From Candidatus Nomurabacteria bacterium (GTDB lineage: Bacteria > Patescibacteriota > Saccharimonadia > Saccharimonadales > VXPC01): a stretch of 64,000 bases of DNA. How positions within the stretch are numbered: the stretch's first letter is position 1; every line of letters starts with the position of its first letter. The notes under the pieces are model-generated. The model did no database searches and was not told the DNA's origin. It was given only the letters and a program-made list of their open reading frames with translations. A program made the position numbers and the translations under genes. Of this stretch, positions 37,235 to 47,420 are shown in pieces. The DNA is taken from positions 485,854 to 549,853 of the forward strand of contig JACKGQ010000001.1 in NCBI GenBank assembly GCA_020631905.1, written 5' to 3'.

Positions 37235-38656
37235 TCAAGTTTTTAGACGCTCTAGGACTTCGGCTTTGCCAAGAGTGTTGAGAGTTTCAAAAAGCCCTGG
37301 GCTAAATCTACTACCGGTTATCATTAGCCGTATCAGCATAAAATATTTGCCAACCTTAAGGTCGTTTTCTTTTGCATAGCCATAAAGACGATGTTCGAGA
37401 TCAGTTTCCGTGAAATCGGATGCTTGCAGCAAATCGATTGTGGCGACTAGCAGATTGGCTTGCTCTTCGGGCGTAAATTTGGTTTCTTGCTCAATTTCCT
37501 GAACATCGACAGCCATAGCCCTGGCAAAGAAAAAGCGACTGTACTCGGCTAAATCAGCAAATTTCTTTAGTCTTTCGTAGACCAGATCGAGGACTCTTTG
37601 CTTATAGGCCTTGTCTGACTGGACGGCTTCTTTAGGCCACCAGCTTTCAGCCAACTCTAGTCTTTTTGACGGATCCATATTACGTATGTGCATGCCGTTC
37701 ATCCAGTCTAGTCGAACTGGGTCAAATTTGGCGCCAGATTTCTGGATACGGCTAAGCTCGAAAACGCTCACAAGTTGATCGGGGCTAAATATTTCTTGGT
37801 CTGTGCCTGGGTTCCAGCCGAGCAAAGCCAAATAATTCATGACTGCCTCTGGCAGATAGCCTTCAGTGGCGTAGACGGCGGCGTCTTTCGCCCCATCACG
37901 CTTACTGAGTTTCTTTTTACCATCAGGCCCTAGGATTGGTGGCACATGAGCAAATTCTGGTCGTTGCCAACCAAAAGCGTCGTATAAGAATAAGTGCTTT
38001 GGTGTGCTGCTAAGCCACTCATCGGCGCGTATCACATGGGTAATTTCCATGAGGTGATCGTCGACAACATTGGCAAACTGGTATGTCGGGAAACCATCGC
38101 TTTTGATAGCTACAAAGTCGCCTATATCTTTGCCCCGCCAACTTTGCAGGCCTTTTACGTGATCGGTCCAGGTTATCACTGTCTGGTCGGGAATCGCTAT
38201 CCGAATTACTGCTTTGCCTGTCTCACCTTCTAGCGTTGCCATGTTTTTTCGGAAAACAAACGGTTGTTTATTTGCCTGTGCTTGGGCACGCAAACTTTCT
38301 AGCTGTTCTGGGCTTGTCCAGTCGTAGTAGGCTACGCCGCTATCTAGAAGGGCTTGGATGTAGCGTGTATAGTCGTCGTTACGCTCACTTTGGATGCAAG
38401 ACCCAAATTCTGGGCTCGGTTTATCTGGGCCGTAGTCCCAATCCATGCCTAACCAACCCATGCTAGATAAAATCTGCTCAGCTGCCCCTTCGACGATCCG
38501 AGCTTGGTCGGTGTCTTCGAGACGTACAATAAACTCACCATTATTTTTGCGAGCCCATAAATAGCTAAAAAGGGCAGTTCGGAGACTACCAATATGCAGC
38601 ATACCAGTCGGGCTGGGCGCAAACCTTGTTCGAATTCTCTGATTCATTGCTGTCAT
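37235..38656 (-). CDS. gltX: Glutamyl-tRNA synthetase
   Basis: RFAPSPTGMLHIGSLRTALF (HIGH region) and KLSKRDG (KMSKS). Confidence 0.95.
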   Translation of the reverse strand: MTAMNQRIRTRFAPSPTGMLHIGSLRTALFSYLWARKNNGEFIVRLEDTDQARIVEGAAEQILSSMGWLGMDWDYGPDKPSPEFGSCIQSERNDDYTRYIQALLDSGVAYYDWTSPEQLESLRAQAQANKQPFVFRKNMATLEGETGKAVIRIAIPDQTVITWTDHVKGLQSWRGKDIGDFVAIKSDGFPTYQFANVVDDHLMEITHVIRADEWLSSTPKHLFLYDAFGWQRPEFAHVPPILGPDGKKKLSKRDGAKDAAVYATEGYLPEAVMNYLALLGWNPGTDQEIFSPDQLVSVFELSRIQKSGAKFDPVRLDWMNGMHIRNMDPSKRLELAESWWPKEAVQSDKAYKQRVLDLVYERLKKFADLAEYSRFFFARAMAVDVQEIEQETKFTPEEQANLLVATIDLLQASDFTETDLEHRLYGYAKENDLKVGKYFMLIRLMITGSRFSPGLFETLNTLGKAEVLERLKT

Positions 38657-38671
38657 TATACCAAGGAGTAG

Positions 38672-39121
38672 TTAGAAACTGTTCATAATATCTCGAGTCT
38701 CGAGTGCGGTTGCGAGAGTGCAGGCTTGCTGTTCTTGACCTAGGCATGGGATAACTATTCGACAAACACTACCACCTAGTCCGAAATATAGGGCAACAAG
38801 ATCGGTACGATTAGCACTGCGGTCGATGAGACGATCGTAGATATCTGAAGGTACTTGATCGGCGGCGGTCATAGCCACGGGAATAATTTGTTGACCATGA
38901 GTTAGTGCGTCGTGAAAAGTTCCTTCGACACCGAGATGGGGGTGTATGAGTTTGAAATTTATGCGAAAACGCTCATCACCAAGCATATCAGGGATGGTCG
39001 TGTCAGTATTAGTGGCTATTAAGAAGGCGGCCCGAGCAATTTTTGCGACCGGCTCCTGGCTATTTGGTAACTCAAAGTCGATGCCCTCAAAAGTCTTGGC
39101 TGCAATAATTATGTTTTTCAT
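38672..39121 (-). CDS. Hypothetical protein (149 aa)
   Basis: ORF only. Confidence 0.5.
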   Translation of the reverse strand: MKNIIIAAKTFEGIDFELPNSQEPVAKIARAAFLIATNTDTTIPDMLGDERFRINFKLIHPHLGVEGTFHDALTHGQQIIPVAMTAADQVPSDIYDRLIDRSANRTDLVALYFGLGGSVCRIVIPCLGQEQQACTLATALETRDIMNSF

Positions 39122-39166
39122 AAGTTAATCATCAATCAGAATATCAGCTAAAGCCTAGCTATCAAA

Positions 39167-40138
39167 CTATAAGCTTTTAGCGATTTCGACAATCTGATCA
39201 CTACTCAGACCAGATTCGCCTTCGAGTTGATAGCGGATACCCTGACTTACCCAAATTGCACTATTACCATTATAGATATAGATGGTCTTCCCATTGACCT
39301 CGACAGTTTGATATGGGATATCTTTATTCGAGAAGTATCCACTTGCCAGACTGGCCGAATCTAAACTTGTTGGCTGCTGAACAATCTGTAGGTTGCGAGA
39401 GTCTGTATTTGAAGCCATCGAGATCGACACCTTGCCGGTTTCGTAGCGAATCGGACCATCAATACTAAACCCAGCAGGCGTGTCGGGCATATGTGCTGAA
39501 AAACCGGCTTGCCTGCTTGCGATACTCAGTGAAATCCGGGGCAGATTTAAATAGCCGATTACTCCGAGTCCGATCGCTAAAGCAGTTAGAGCGACAGCTA
39601 ACTTTGGTGACTTCTTGGATTTCTTTGCAGTTTGCAGATTATTTGGCGTAGTTTCCAGTGCTCGATCAATTATGCTAGCTGGTAAACGAACGGCTTCGTC
39701 TGGGACGTAGATTGGCGGCTCATGCACCAAAGAATCTTCTGGGGCTGGTCTTGGTTGCATGGCTGTTGGAGTCGCCCCAACCTTCTTGCTGGCCTGAAAC
39801 TTGCCTATATATTCACTCTGTTGTGTGCTGGCAGCTCTTTCGAGTCTGGCCTTGCCCGGGTTAAAAGTAGGTTTAACGATTCGACTTTCGGACTGAGGAC
39901 GTGGCTGGATGAGTGGTTTTGCCACGGCTTTTCGATGCAGAGTCTGCGAACGCATATTCGTATGTTTTTTTGTTCTGGCTGTTCGTTCAATGCGGACATT
40001 TTTTGGATGTCGCTGAGGCTCGCTACTTTGATGATGAACAGCCGGCGCAAGTCCATCAACACGCTTTGTTTGCGACCCAAGATCTGCCCCTAAGAGAGGG
40101 TATATCTTGCCGTTAATTACCACTTGCCCAGAGCTCAT
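39167..40138 (-). CDS. Hypothetical single-pass membrane protein (basic disordered N-terminal half, folded extracytoplasmic C-terminal domain)
   Basis: TM helix LAVALTALAIGLGVIGYL. No motif. Confidence 0.55.
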   Translation of the reverse strand: MSSGQVVINGKIYPLLGADLGSQTKRVDGLAPAVHHQSSEPQRHPKNVRIERTARTKKHTNMRSQTLHRKAVAKPLIQPRPQSESRIVKPTFNPGKARLERAASTQQSEYIGKFQASKKVGATPTAMQPRPAPEDSLVHEPPIYVPDEAVRLPASIIDRALETTPNNLQTAKKSKKSPKLAVALTALAIGLGVIGYLNLPRISLSIASRQAGFSAHMPDTPAGFSIDGPIRYETGKVSISMASNTDSRNLQIVQQPTSLDSASLASGYFSNKDIPYQTVEVNGKTIYIYNGNSAIWVSQGIRYQLEGESGLSSDQIVEIAKSL

Positions 40139-40224
40139 CGCTACCCCTTAATATCTGTATTTTCTATGTTAGAATATTGTATAGCAATCTACAGTTTAAG
40201 CAAACTAAATTGCTGTTGTTTTTT

Positions 40225-41685
40225 ATGGAATTTTTAGATCCAAACTATCGCAAACGCCACGACCGAATGCTAATCGTTGGTTACCTACTCCTAGGTTTCC
40301 TATTAGCCGGTTTAACGATTATCCTCGTTCTGGTTACTAGTGGGTATGACATTAGCCGTCGTGGTGAGGTAATCGTCAATTCGATTGCGTTTGTAAACTC
40401 AACTCCAAGCAATAGCCAGATATATTTAGACAAAACTCTACTCGGTAACAAAACGGACGCTCGACTAGTGGTTGAGTCGGGCGAATATCTGCTCGAGTTA
40501 AAGCAGGCAGGTTATTTCCCTTGGAGTAAAAACGTCTGGCTAAAACCGCAAAAGGTTGGTTTTTATCAATACCCTTTCCTTTTTCCCGAAAAACTCGATT
40601 TTGGACAGATAGCAATCTATAAATCTCGACAGCTAAGTAGTCAAAGTCCTGATAAAAAATGGCTGATTACCTACGATCCAAGTTCTGCTCAAGCCAATCT
40701 ATTTGATATTAGCCAACCAGACAATGCACCACTAGATCTAAGCCTAGAAGCCAGTAATCAGTCAACACCGGCTTCCGAGGAAACAAACCAACCTAGCCAG
40801 TACCGTATAGTAAGCTGGGCAGACGACAATCGGACTATGTTGGTTAAGAAAACATTAACCGATAAAACGACTAGTTATTCACTCGTCGACTCACGTGGTG
40901 AAAAACCTTCGATACCAATTAGCGTAGGCGAAGATCGACCGGTAAAAAGATTAAGTTTGGTAAACGATAAAACCGATAATCTATTAATTCTGTACGCTAA
41001 TGGCGAGCTGATTAAGCAGAACATCGATACTGGCGATGAAGTTGTGATAGCGCTTGAGGTGCTTGCCTACAATAGTTTTGGTAAAGACGTGGTTGTATAT
41101 ATTGCGGCTAATCATGCCAGTAATAAAGCCGATGTAATTATTAACGAGAATTTCGAAGAGTACAAACTAACCGAGCTTAATTACTCCGATACAGCCAGTT
41201 ACTCGCTTGCTTTGAGCCGATTTAATGGCAAAAATATTTACGCGGTTGGCTCTAATCTAGACGAACGATTTTACGTTTACAAAAATCCGCTCGAAGATCT
41301 TAAGAGTGGTCGCCCGCTAATCTTGCTAAGTTCACCGGTTGTCAATCAGCTTAAAGAACTAAAATTTAGCCAGAACTCTAGGTTTGTCGCCGCTTTGACG
41401 CCAGAAGATATCGTAGTCTACGATGCCGAACAAGCCGCTCCGTATCGGTTTCAGGTAGACAACTTAGCCGATGACTACCATCTGTCGTGGATGGATGGGC
41501 ATCGGTTGATGGCCAACATCAACCATGGTCTCAATATTTTTGAATTTGATGGAAAAAACATGGTTACATACCAAGATGTTGACCCTACCAATATCTATTT
41601 CAACAAAGACTACGATACTATCTACATAACCGACAATCAGACTGGGAAGACAATCCTCGAAAGCGCAAGTCTAAGGGTTAATTAG
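40225..41685 (+). CDS. PEGA-domain membrane-anchored protein with a beta-rich C-terminal region
   Basis: A TM helix, then IYLDKTLLGNKTDARLVVESGEYLLELKQAGYFPWSKNVWL (PEGA-like). Start set at MEFLDPNYRK. Confidence 0.55.
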   Translation: MEFLDPNYRKRHDRMLIVGYLLLGFLLAGLTIILVLVTSGYDISRRGEVIVNSIAFVNSTPSNSQIYLDKTLLGNKTDARLVVESGEYLLELKQAGYFPWSKNVWLKPQKVGFYQYPFLFPEKLDFGQIAIYKSRQLSSQSPDKKWLITYDPSSAQANLFDISQPDNAPLDLSLEASNQSTPASEETNQPSQYRIVSWADDNRTMLVKKTLTDKTTSYSLVDSRGEKPSIPISVGEDRPVKRLSLVNDKTDNLLILYANGELIKQNIDTGDEVVIALEVLAYNSFGKDVVVYIAANHASNKADVIINENFEEYKLTELNYSDTASYSLALSRFNGKNIYAVGSNLDERFYVYKNPLEDLKSGRPLILLSSPVVNQLKELKFSQNSRFVAALTPEDIVVYDAEQAAPYRFQVDNLADDYHLSWMDGHRLMANINHGLNIFEFDGKNMVTYQDVDPTNIYFNKDYDTIYITDNQTGKTILESASLRVN

Positions 41686-42965
41686 TCGCCGCTTACCCAG
41701 CCCCAGAATCGCTCCCACATAGTTTTTGGATTACTTGGAACGATTAGATTTTCTGGTGTTTCGGTTTGTTTATTGGTTAGGGTATTCTTTTTTGGACTTG
41801 GGCTAATTTGCTCACCAATAATCACCATCCGATTGATATTGAAGCCTGGTGGATCACAGGTAATTAATGTCGCCGAGTTGGGCCGGCTGGCCGGACCGAG
41901 CACGGTAACGTCTGTTGGTTTGACAACCTTCTTCTCGTACACCTTGTATACATATTGTTTCGAGTTGTAATTAAGCATGAAAGTATCACCCGGCTCGAGC
42001 TGACCAATCTGCATGAAGGCAAACTTATATTTTCCGCTGCTGAATAAGTTATTGCTGCTGTGGCCAACGATCGCTACATTACTGTTAAAACCCTTGCCTG
42101 TTTCCCCCGGTTTCTGGCTGGTTGGGTAATAGACTACGCCGTTTTCTAAGGCTTTTTGAACCCGAGATTCAAAGTCGGCTTCGGTTTCGCCGGTTTCGAT
42201 AAAAGGTACGTTATAAACGACCGGTGCTTCTACGTTGAGCTTCGGAATTATCACTTTCGGATCACTACTGACTGCTGCTCCAGGCACGGTTATGATTGGT
42301 GTAGAGGCCGAAATCTGGTTGGGTTTAACGAACGGTATGATGTAGCGCTCATTAAAAAACGTAAACATCAACAAAAACAACACAACTAAGCCGGCACCCA
42401 GGCCGAACATCAGCGATTTAATGTGTTGTTTTAAGGTGAGCTTGCGTTTGTTTCGAGTTTTAAGCTTATCCCAAGACGTAGCCTCATTTTGAACAAAATT
42501 ATCGGCTTGGGAGCTCGGTTTAGGGCTCTGCCGTTTTTTTCGACCACGTTTAACTTCTGGCAAGTTGATCGCTGGTGTCTCTGAGGCTAAACTGGCGAGA
42601 CGTTGATTGTGCCGATTTTGATTACTGTAAAATTCTTGCCAGACTTCGTGTTTTTGATGGTCGGGTAATCCTTGGTAGTATTCATGCCATTTTACCTGGA
42701 TATCCTCCATACTTAGGCCACTATTATGAAGTTCTAGTAAATACTGTTGGTGTTGACTGTGCGTACCTGGTTCCTCGGCTTCACTTATCTCGCTATTCGC
42801 ATTTGGTTCTTTTGAGTAAATATTGCTGATTTTTCCGCGGATTAATTCGGCGGCTTCGTTTCGACCGACTTCTTTGTTGCTCCCAGCCAACATAATCGTA
42901 GCACCGTTATCGTCGGGCTTTCCGGGTAATGGCAGAGCTGGAGTTGGACTACTCATATTTGTCAA
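41682..42965 (-). CDS. Sortase-family transpeptidase with a long N-terminal cytoplasmic region
   Basis: AIVGHSSN (His), TLITCDP (TLxTC Cys) and the downstream Arg. One TM helix. Confidence 0.75.
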   Translation of the reverse strand: MTNMSSPTPALPLPGKPDDNGATIMLAGSNKEVGRNEAAELIRGKISNIYSKEPNANSEISEAEEPGTHSQHQQYLLELHNSGLSMEDIQVKWHEYYQGLPDHQKHEVWQEFYSNQNRHNQRLASLASETPAINLPEVKRGRKKRQSPKPSSQADNFVQNEATSWDKLKTRNKRKLTLKQHIKSLMFGLGAGLVVLFLLMFTFFNERYIIPFVKPNQISASTPIITVPGAAVSSDPKVIIPKLNVEAPVVYNVPFIETGETEADFESRVQKALENGVVYYPTSQKPGETGKGFNSNVAIVGHSSNNLFSSGKYKFAFMQIGQLEPGDTFMLNYNSKQYVYKVYEKKVVKPTDVTVLGPASRPNSATLITCDPPGFNINRMVIIGEQISPSPKKNTLTNKQTETPENLIVPSNPKTMWERFWGWVSGD

Positions 42966-43107
42966 TATATTAACATAAACATAATCTGTTTACGATTGCC
43001 AGAACAGCTTAAAATGTGTATATTTCTATGGCGTTGAGAATTTGTTGAGCCGCAGTAGTGGAATTGCACAGAGTTTGAAAATTAACAAAATATCTAGTTT
43101 ATTTGGA

Positions 43108-43193
43108 GCCGTGGTGGCGGAATTGGTATACGCGCACGACTCAAAATCGTGTTCCTTTCAGGATTGAGGGTTCAAGTCCCTCCCGCGGCACCA
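43108..43193 (+). tRNA. tRNA-Leu (anticodon CAA), long variable arm, CCA encoded
   Basis: Acceptor GCCGTGG/CCGCGGC, anticodon stem CACGA/TCGTG with loop CTCAAAA, T-arm GAGGG-TTCAAGT-CCCTC. Confidence 0.9.
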
Positions 43194-43280
43194 AATGCAC
43201 TAGATCTAGAGCAACCCACAAAGCTACCTTGGTTAATAATATCTAGAACGGGTGTTAAATTTTTTAGAAATGGACTTACC

Positions 43281-43306
43281 AGTTTATATAATTGATTATA
43301 TAAACT
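43281..43306. repeat. AT palindrome AGTTTATATAAT-TG-ATTATATAAACT (related to 13199-13218)
   Basis: 12-bp arms. The core TTATATAAT-N2-ATTATATAA is shared with the other copy. Confidence 0.8.
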
Positions 43307-43342
43307 GAGACCTTAGTACCAATATAAATTTATCTCCAAGCT

Positions 43343-44125
43343 CTATTGCGTTTCTAGCAAAAATACAGAGCTGGTTATTGCTTTGAATGGTTCGTCAGGG
43401 TGCTGCAGCAAGAATGTAGATGTTCTGGCGGCTTGTTCGGCTTGCCAGAGTGTTTCGTTCTGAATATCGGGCCGACTTGTGGCGCTGATTTCATCGGCAC
43501 ATTTAACCCATAGATGACCACTATGCAAGACAACCATAGCGCACTCAAACTCTAGCTTATGGAATAGTTCGGCAAATGCATCGAGTGGCAAGGAACTCTT
43601 ATAGGCAACGATCGAGTTGGTTGCGCTAACTAGTTTTTGGAATTGCCCGGGATTGAGCACTACACATGTTTGGTGGTTATTTAAAAGCTCTAGGTTGTTT
43701 AACATTGCATCTACCCCATCTCCAGATAAGGTAATTTGACCATGTTGTTGTACAAATATTTCATCTATCAGTTGAGTCGTTTGGCTGCTTCTGCCAAAAT
43801 CACCGATTAACAACAACCCACCTGTATCATTGCTAGCTACAATAATCTCATTCAAACCAACTTTACTCAGACTGCCACTCGATGTGCTTGGTAAGAAAGT
43901 TATCCCGGGTTGATTACCAAGGTCGTGTTTTAATATATCAGGTACACAGAGTTGGATTTGTCCGACACCGGCGGCTTGAGCTGCCGTGTAGGCTTGCATC
44001 GGTGCCTTTAAGCTATCGCGATTACCGCCGACAATCAGGAGTTTGCCAGCCAAATCGGTCCGTTCTGGCCGGCTCCAAAAAATGTCGTCGAAAAGCGGTT
44101 TGGTTGTTTGCCTCTGGTAGCTCAT
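43343..44125 (-). CDS. YjeF C-terminal-like (NAD(P)HX dehydratase/carbohydrate-kinase fold) protein, degenerate
   Basis: GKLLIVGGNRDSLKAPMQAYTAAQAAGVG resembles the YjeF_C N-terminal motif. The C-terminal GxGD motif is not seen. Confidence 0.4.
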   Translation of the reverse strand: MSYQRQTTKPLFDDIFWSRPERTDLAGKLLIVGGNRDSLKAPMQAYTAAQAAGVGQIQLCVPDILKHDLGNQPGITFLPSTSSGSLSKVGLNEIIVASNDTGGLLLIGDFGRSSQTTQLIDEIFVQQHGQITLSGDGVDAMLNNLELLNNHQTCVVLNPGQFQKLVSATNSIVAYKSSLPLDAFAELFHKLEFECAMVVLHSGHLWVKCADEISATSRPDIQNETLWQAEQAARTSTFLLQHPDEPFKAITSSVFLLETQ

Positions 44126-44185
44126 AAAAATAGTATATACCTCTAGTCAAACTTATTATCGGGGGTAGTAGCATTAGCGGGCATA

Positions 44186-44251
44186 AAAAAACGAGAAAAC
44201 CCCGAGCCCTGCGAGAGGGCGCGGGGCTCTCGATCGCAGAAGCTCGGGGTT
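44186..44251 (-). terminator. GC-rich compound hairpin plus T-run after the GC-rich ORF
   Basis: On the minus strand: AACCCCGAGC...GCTCGGGGTT enclosing GCCCT-GCGAG-AGGGC, then TTTCTCGTTTTTTT. Confidence 0.65.
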
Positions 44252-44670
44252 CAGGTGGTGGCCAACGATTCTGGAAACGTCTTGAGGCCACCGAGCGCAA
44301 TTACGCTGCACGACCGGCGTCGGTAAACACCGGCGGACTCGCTACTTCCGGCCATGATGAAAACCATGAATTCGGGCACGTCATCGATTGCCACTCCCGT
44401 CTGTTCGAGGCAGGACGCGACCAACCCTTCCATCATCGGCAACGTGCTGAGCGCCCAGCGCTGATCACGCAACTCCTTGCCGAAGTCGAACCGAACGCAC
44501 AAGGGTGTGTGTTCGGGGTCCGGCAACTGCCACTCGAGCAGGGCGATACTGACTTGTTCACCCGGCGACACGTGCGTGCTGTTCGCCAACATGCCCGGGA
44601 GCTTCTCGAAAAGCTTTGCGAGCACGCCTTCATCCATCACGGCCGGCGTCATCGAAATGTACACTTCCAT
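44251..44670 (-). CDS. GC-rich hypothetical protein (139 aa, MEVYISMTPAVMDEG...)
   Basis: RBS AAAGAGGA. About 60% GC with GC3-rich codons. An AT-rich, backbone-type promoter (TTGCAA-18-TATAAT) lies upstream. Confidence 0.6.
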   Translation of the reverse strand: MEVYISMTPAVMDEGVLAKLFEKLPGMLANSTHVSPGEQVSIALLEWQLPDPEHTPLCVRFDFGKELRDQRWALSTLPMMEGLVASCLEQTGVAIDDVPEFMVFIMAGSSESAGVYRRRSCSVIALGGLKTFPESLATT

Positions 44671-44838
44671 GTTGTCCTCTTTCGGGTCGCAGGCATTTGC
44701 CCACACCTCCCACCATGAGAGATAACCATATTATACAATAATTGCTACAGTTATTGCAACTTGTTATTTCACTGTTTCGATCTTTAAAAATTGTTTGTGG
44801 TTATAAGTAGATGATTTCGAGGTAACGCATAGGCTGGG

Positions 44839-45552
44839 CTATTTTAGTTTAAAGACTCCAGCTTCGGGTGTCAGCTCGTAAATAACATCTTTGCGTTCGA
44901 TAACAATTTTCCAGCCGCGTTTACGGGCTTCGTCGTATAGTTCTTGGCTGGGGTTAAAACAGATTGGCTGCTCGACCATTTCGAGCATCTTAATATCACT
45001 CTTTGTATCGCCGACTGCAAGCGACTTTTCGGTACTTAGACCATGCTTGTCGATTAACTTAGTTAAGTAAATATGCTTGTTATGAACAATGTCGGTGGCG
45101 CTGCCTGTAAAGTAAAAACCGTCTTTATGAAAATCGGTGCCGATCCAATCGTCAAATCCATATTCTTTACAGAAGCGGCCGAGTAACTTCTCTTCGCTAC
45201 CGGAAACAGCTAAGATTAAATATCCATTAGTTTTGAGCTGCTTGATTAGGTTTTTGGTGTACAGATAGCTACGCTCGCCAAATTTGCGCATTACTTCGTC
45301 GATTATCGCTTCGTAAGCGCTCACCTTGGTGTTGGCGAGTTCTCGAAACAAAACTTCGATGGCCGTCGCCTCGTATTCGGCAAACGCCTGAGTGTGTTTA
45401 CGTTTAAGCCAGGCCTCGAGCAGTCGATGGATTTCATCAGTATCGGCTTTAGGTATCATGCTCCGGCGCATCATTTCGTGGACGGTGGCCAAAAAAAGGC
45501 TTGTCCGCGCCAATGTCCCATCGATATCAAAAACCGCAAAAGGTTTAGTCAT
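44839..45552 (-). CDS. HAD-superfamily (subfamily IB-like) phosphatase
   Basis: FAVFDIDGTLAR (motif I), SGS (motif II) and GDTKSDIKM (motif IV). The start could alternatively be at 45588. Confidence 0.75.
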   Translation of the reverse strand: MTKPFAVFDIDGTLARTSLFLATVHEMMRRSMIPKADTDEIHRLLEAWLKRKHTQAFAEYEATAIEVLFRELANTKVSAYEAIIDEVMRKFGERSYLYTKNLIKQLKTNGYLILAVSGSEEKLLGRFCKEYGFDDWIGTDFHKDGFYFTGSATDIVHNKHIYLTKLIDKHGLSTEKSLAVGDTKSDIKMLEMVEQPICFNPSQELYDEARKRGWKIVIERKDVIYELTPEAGVFKLK

Positions 45553-45619
45553 AAGACCTAGTATAAAACAATATTCTTTATCAACCACAAAACTTTAGAT
45601 ACTAAAATGCTCTGGTTAA

Positions 45620-45643
45620 TCCCGGGGTCTTGCGACCCCGGGG
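45620..45643 (-). terminator. 9-10 bp GC hairpin with a GCAA tetraloop after the beta-helix gene
   Basis: CCCGGGGTC-TTGC-GACCCCGGG on the plus strand (loop GCAA on the minus strand). The T-run is weak. Confidence 0.45.
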
Positions 45644-45653
45644 TATGACTGCA

Positions 45654-46496
45654 CTAGGCGGTCTTTTGCTCGACGTGCCAGATGCCCGGGCCACCTTGAG
45701 GAACGATTTCGACCAGCATTGTGTGCTGACGGACCGAAGCGTAGGGGTCGACGTTGGCCATGACAACGCAGCTCCTTTCGATGACAGCTGCCTTTCCGAC
45801 GACAACGCTTTCGGCAAGATAGACAACCTCGCCGATCTCAACATCGTCGTCCACTTTGACCCAGCGTCCAATCCGAGCATCTGCACGAATCACAACGGCG
45901 CAACCGACAGCTGCTTCATCACCAATGACTGTCGACACATCAATCTTGGTCTTTTTGCCAATCTCGACTTCGCGACCAAGCTTGGTGTCTGAGCCAATTT
46001 GGGCGAAGTCGCCTATCACGCAATTAGGTTCGATTTCGACATATCGATCAATCTCGACATTTGAGCCGATGAAGGAATCTTGGCCAATCTCAGCTGATTC
46101 ACCAATCTCGGTGTTGTTCCCAATCACGCCATTTTCTCCAATGCCAGCATGATTCCCAACATTGGTATGGTGGTCGATCTTGACAAGACTCCCAATCTCG
46201 ACATCATGCTCGAGAACACAGAACATCCCAATTTGGGCAGTACGCCCGATTCCGACTCGTTCGCCAATCTCGACATAACCGCCAATCGAGGCACTTTCGC
46301 CAATAGTGGTACGGTTGCCAATTGTGGCTCCACTGCCGATCAAAACTTGCGCTTCCAGCCGGACGCCTACACCAATCTGAACTCCTTCTTCGATGTATGT
46401 CGACTTCGGCACCTGAACCTTGGTCCCGTCGGGGTTGACATGCCACTTGTTGCCTGCTTTCAGCCGCACTCGCGGCTTATTGGCATTGTCCACCAT
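45654..46496 (-). CDS. Left-handed beta-helix (hexapeptide-repeat) protein, second one in the window
   Basis: RBS GGGAAGGTGA. About 35 imperfect hexapeptides of [IV]G..[AST].[IV]G type fill almost the whole protein. Elevated GC. Confidence 0.6.
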   Translation of the reverse strand: MVDNANKPRVRLKAGNKWHVNPDGTKVQVPKSTYIEEGVQIGVGVRLEAQVLIGSGATIGNRTTIGESASIGGYVEIGERVGIGRTAQIGMFCVLEHDVEIGSLVKIDHHTNVGNHAGIGENGVIGNNTEIGESAEIGQDSFIGSNVEIDRYVEIEPNCVIGDFAQIGSDTKLGREVEIGKKTKIDVSTVIGDEAAVGCAVVIRADARIGRWVKVDDDVEIGEVVYLAESVVVGKAAVIERSCVVMANVDPYASVRQHTMLVEIVPQGGPGIWHVEQKTA

Positions 46497-46556
46497 TACG
46501 ATCACCTTCCCTTCTCTAGAAACGTGGTGATTAGTCAGATAATACAATAAAATAGG

Positions 46557-47348
46557 CTATAACTCAATACTGACTGGACAGTGGTCACTACCCAAGACGT
46601 CTGGGTGGATTTGGGCATCAACCAGTTTTGGCATCAGTTGGTTACTAACAAGCCAATAATCAATCCGCCAACCAACATTATTAGCACGAGCGTTGCCCCA
46701 AGCAGTCCACCAAGTATATGCTTCGGTAGTATCGGGATAAAGAGTTCGAAAACTATCGCACAGACCGATTTCGAGTAACTTGGTAAAATCCTGGCGTTCT
46801 TCGTCGGTAAAGCCATGCTTGCCGACATTCTGTTTCGGCCTGGCAAGATCGATCTCGTTATGGGCTACATTAAAGTCGCCGCTAACCAGAACTGGTTTTT
46901 TGGCTTCCAAACTAGCCATATACTCTGTAAAGGCTGGACCCCAGGCGTCGGCGCGTAGCTTTAATCTGGTTAGGTCGTCTTTGCTGTTGGGGGTATAGAC
47001 AGTGGCCACGTAATAGTCGTCGAACTCTGCCACCAATACTCTGCCCTCTTGGTTGGTGTTGCCATACTTGTCGGCCAAAGCGTACTTACTGGCGATGTCT
47101 TCTGGTATATTGTCGAAAGTTCTGAGGGGTGAAATTTTAGAAAAGATGGCTGTTCCAAAATGTCCTCGGCGTTCTGCGCTATTGTATATTTCTTGATAGC
47201 CTTCAATATCGACTGGCGACTGATCTGGTTGAGCCTTGGTCTCTTGTAAGCATAAAATGTCGGGCTGGTGGGTCTCGGCAAACTCCTGGAACTTACCTTT
47301 GTTCCAGACCGCACGTATCCCGTTTACATTCCACGAATATAACTTCAT
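46557..47348 (-). CDS. xth: Exodeoxyribonuclease III
   Basis: MKLYSWNVNGIRA, LCLQETK, SGDFNVAH and SDHCPV motifs. Confidence 0.9.
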   Translation of the reverse strand: MKLYSWNVNGIRAVWNKGKFQEFAETHQPDILCLQETKAQPDQSPVDIEGYQEIYNSAERRGHFGTAIFSKISPLRTFDNIPEDIASKYALADKYGNTNQEGRVLVAEFDDYYVATVYTPNSKDDLTRLKLRADAWGPAFTEYMASLEAKKPVLVSGDFNVAHNEIDLARPKQNVGKHGFTDEERQDFTKLLEIGLCDSFRTLYPDTTEAYTWWTAWGNARANNVGWRIDYWLVSNQLMPKLVDAQIHPDVLGSDHCPVSIEL

Positions 47349-47420
47349 AACCTACATATTATCACTTACCAGTAGACTGTTGTTAAAAATATTAACGCTC
47401 ATGCTATAATGTTGCCCAAG

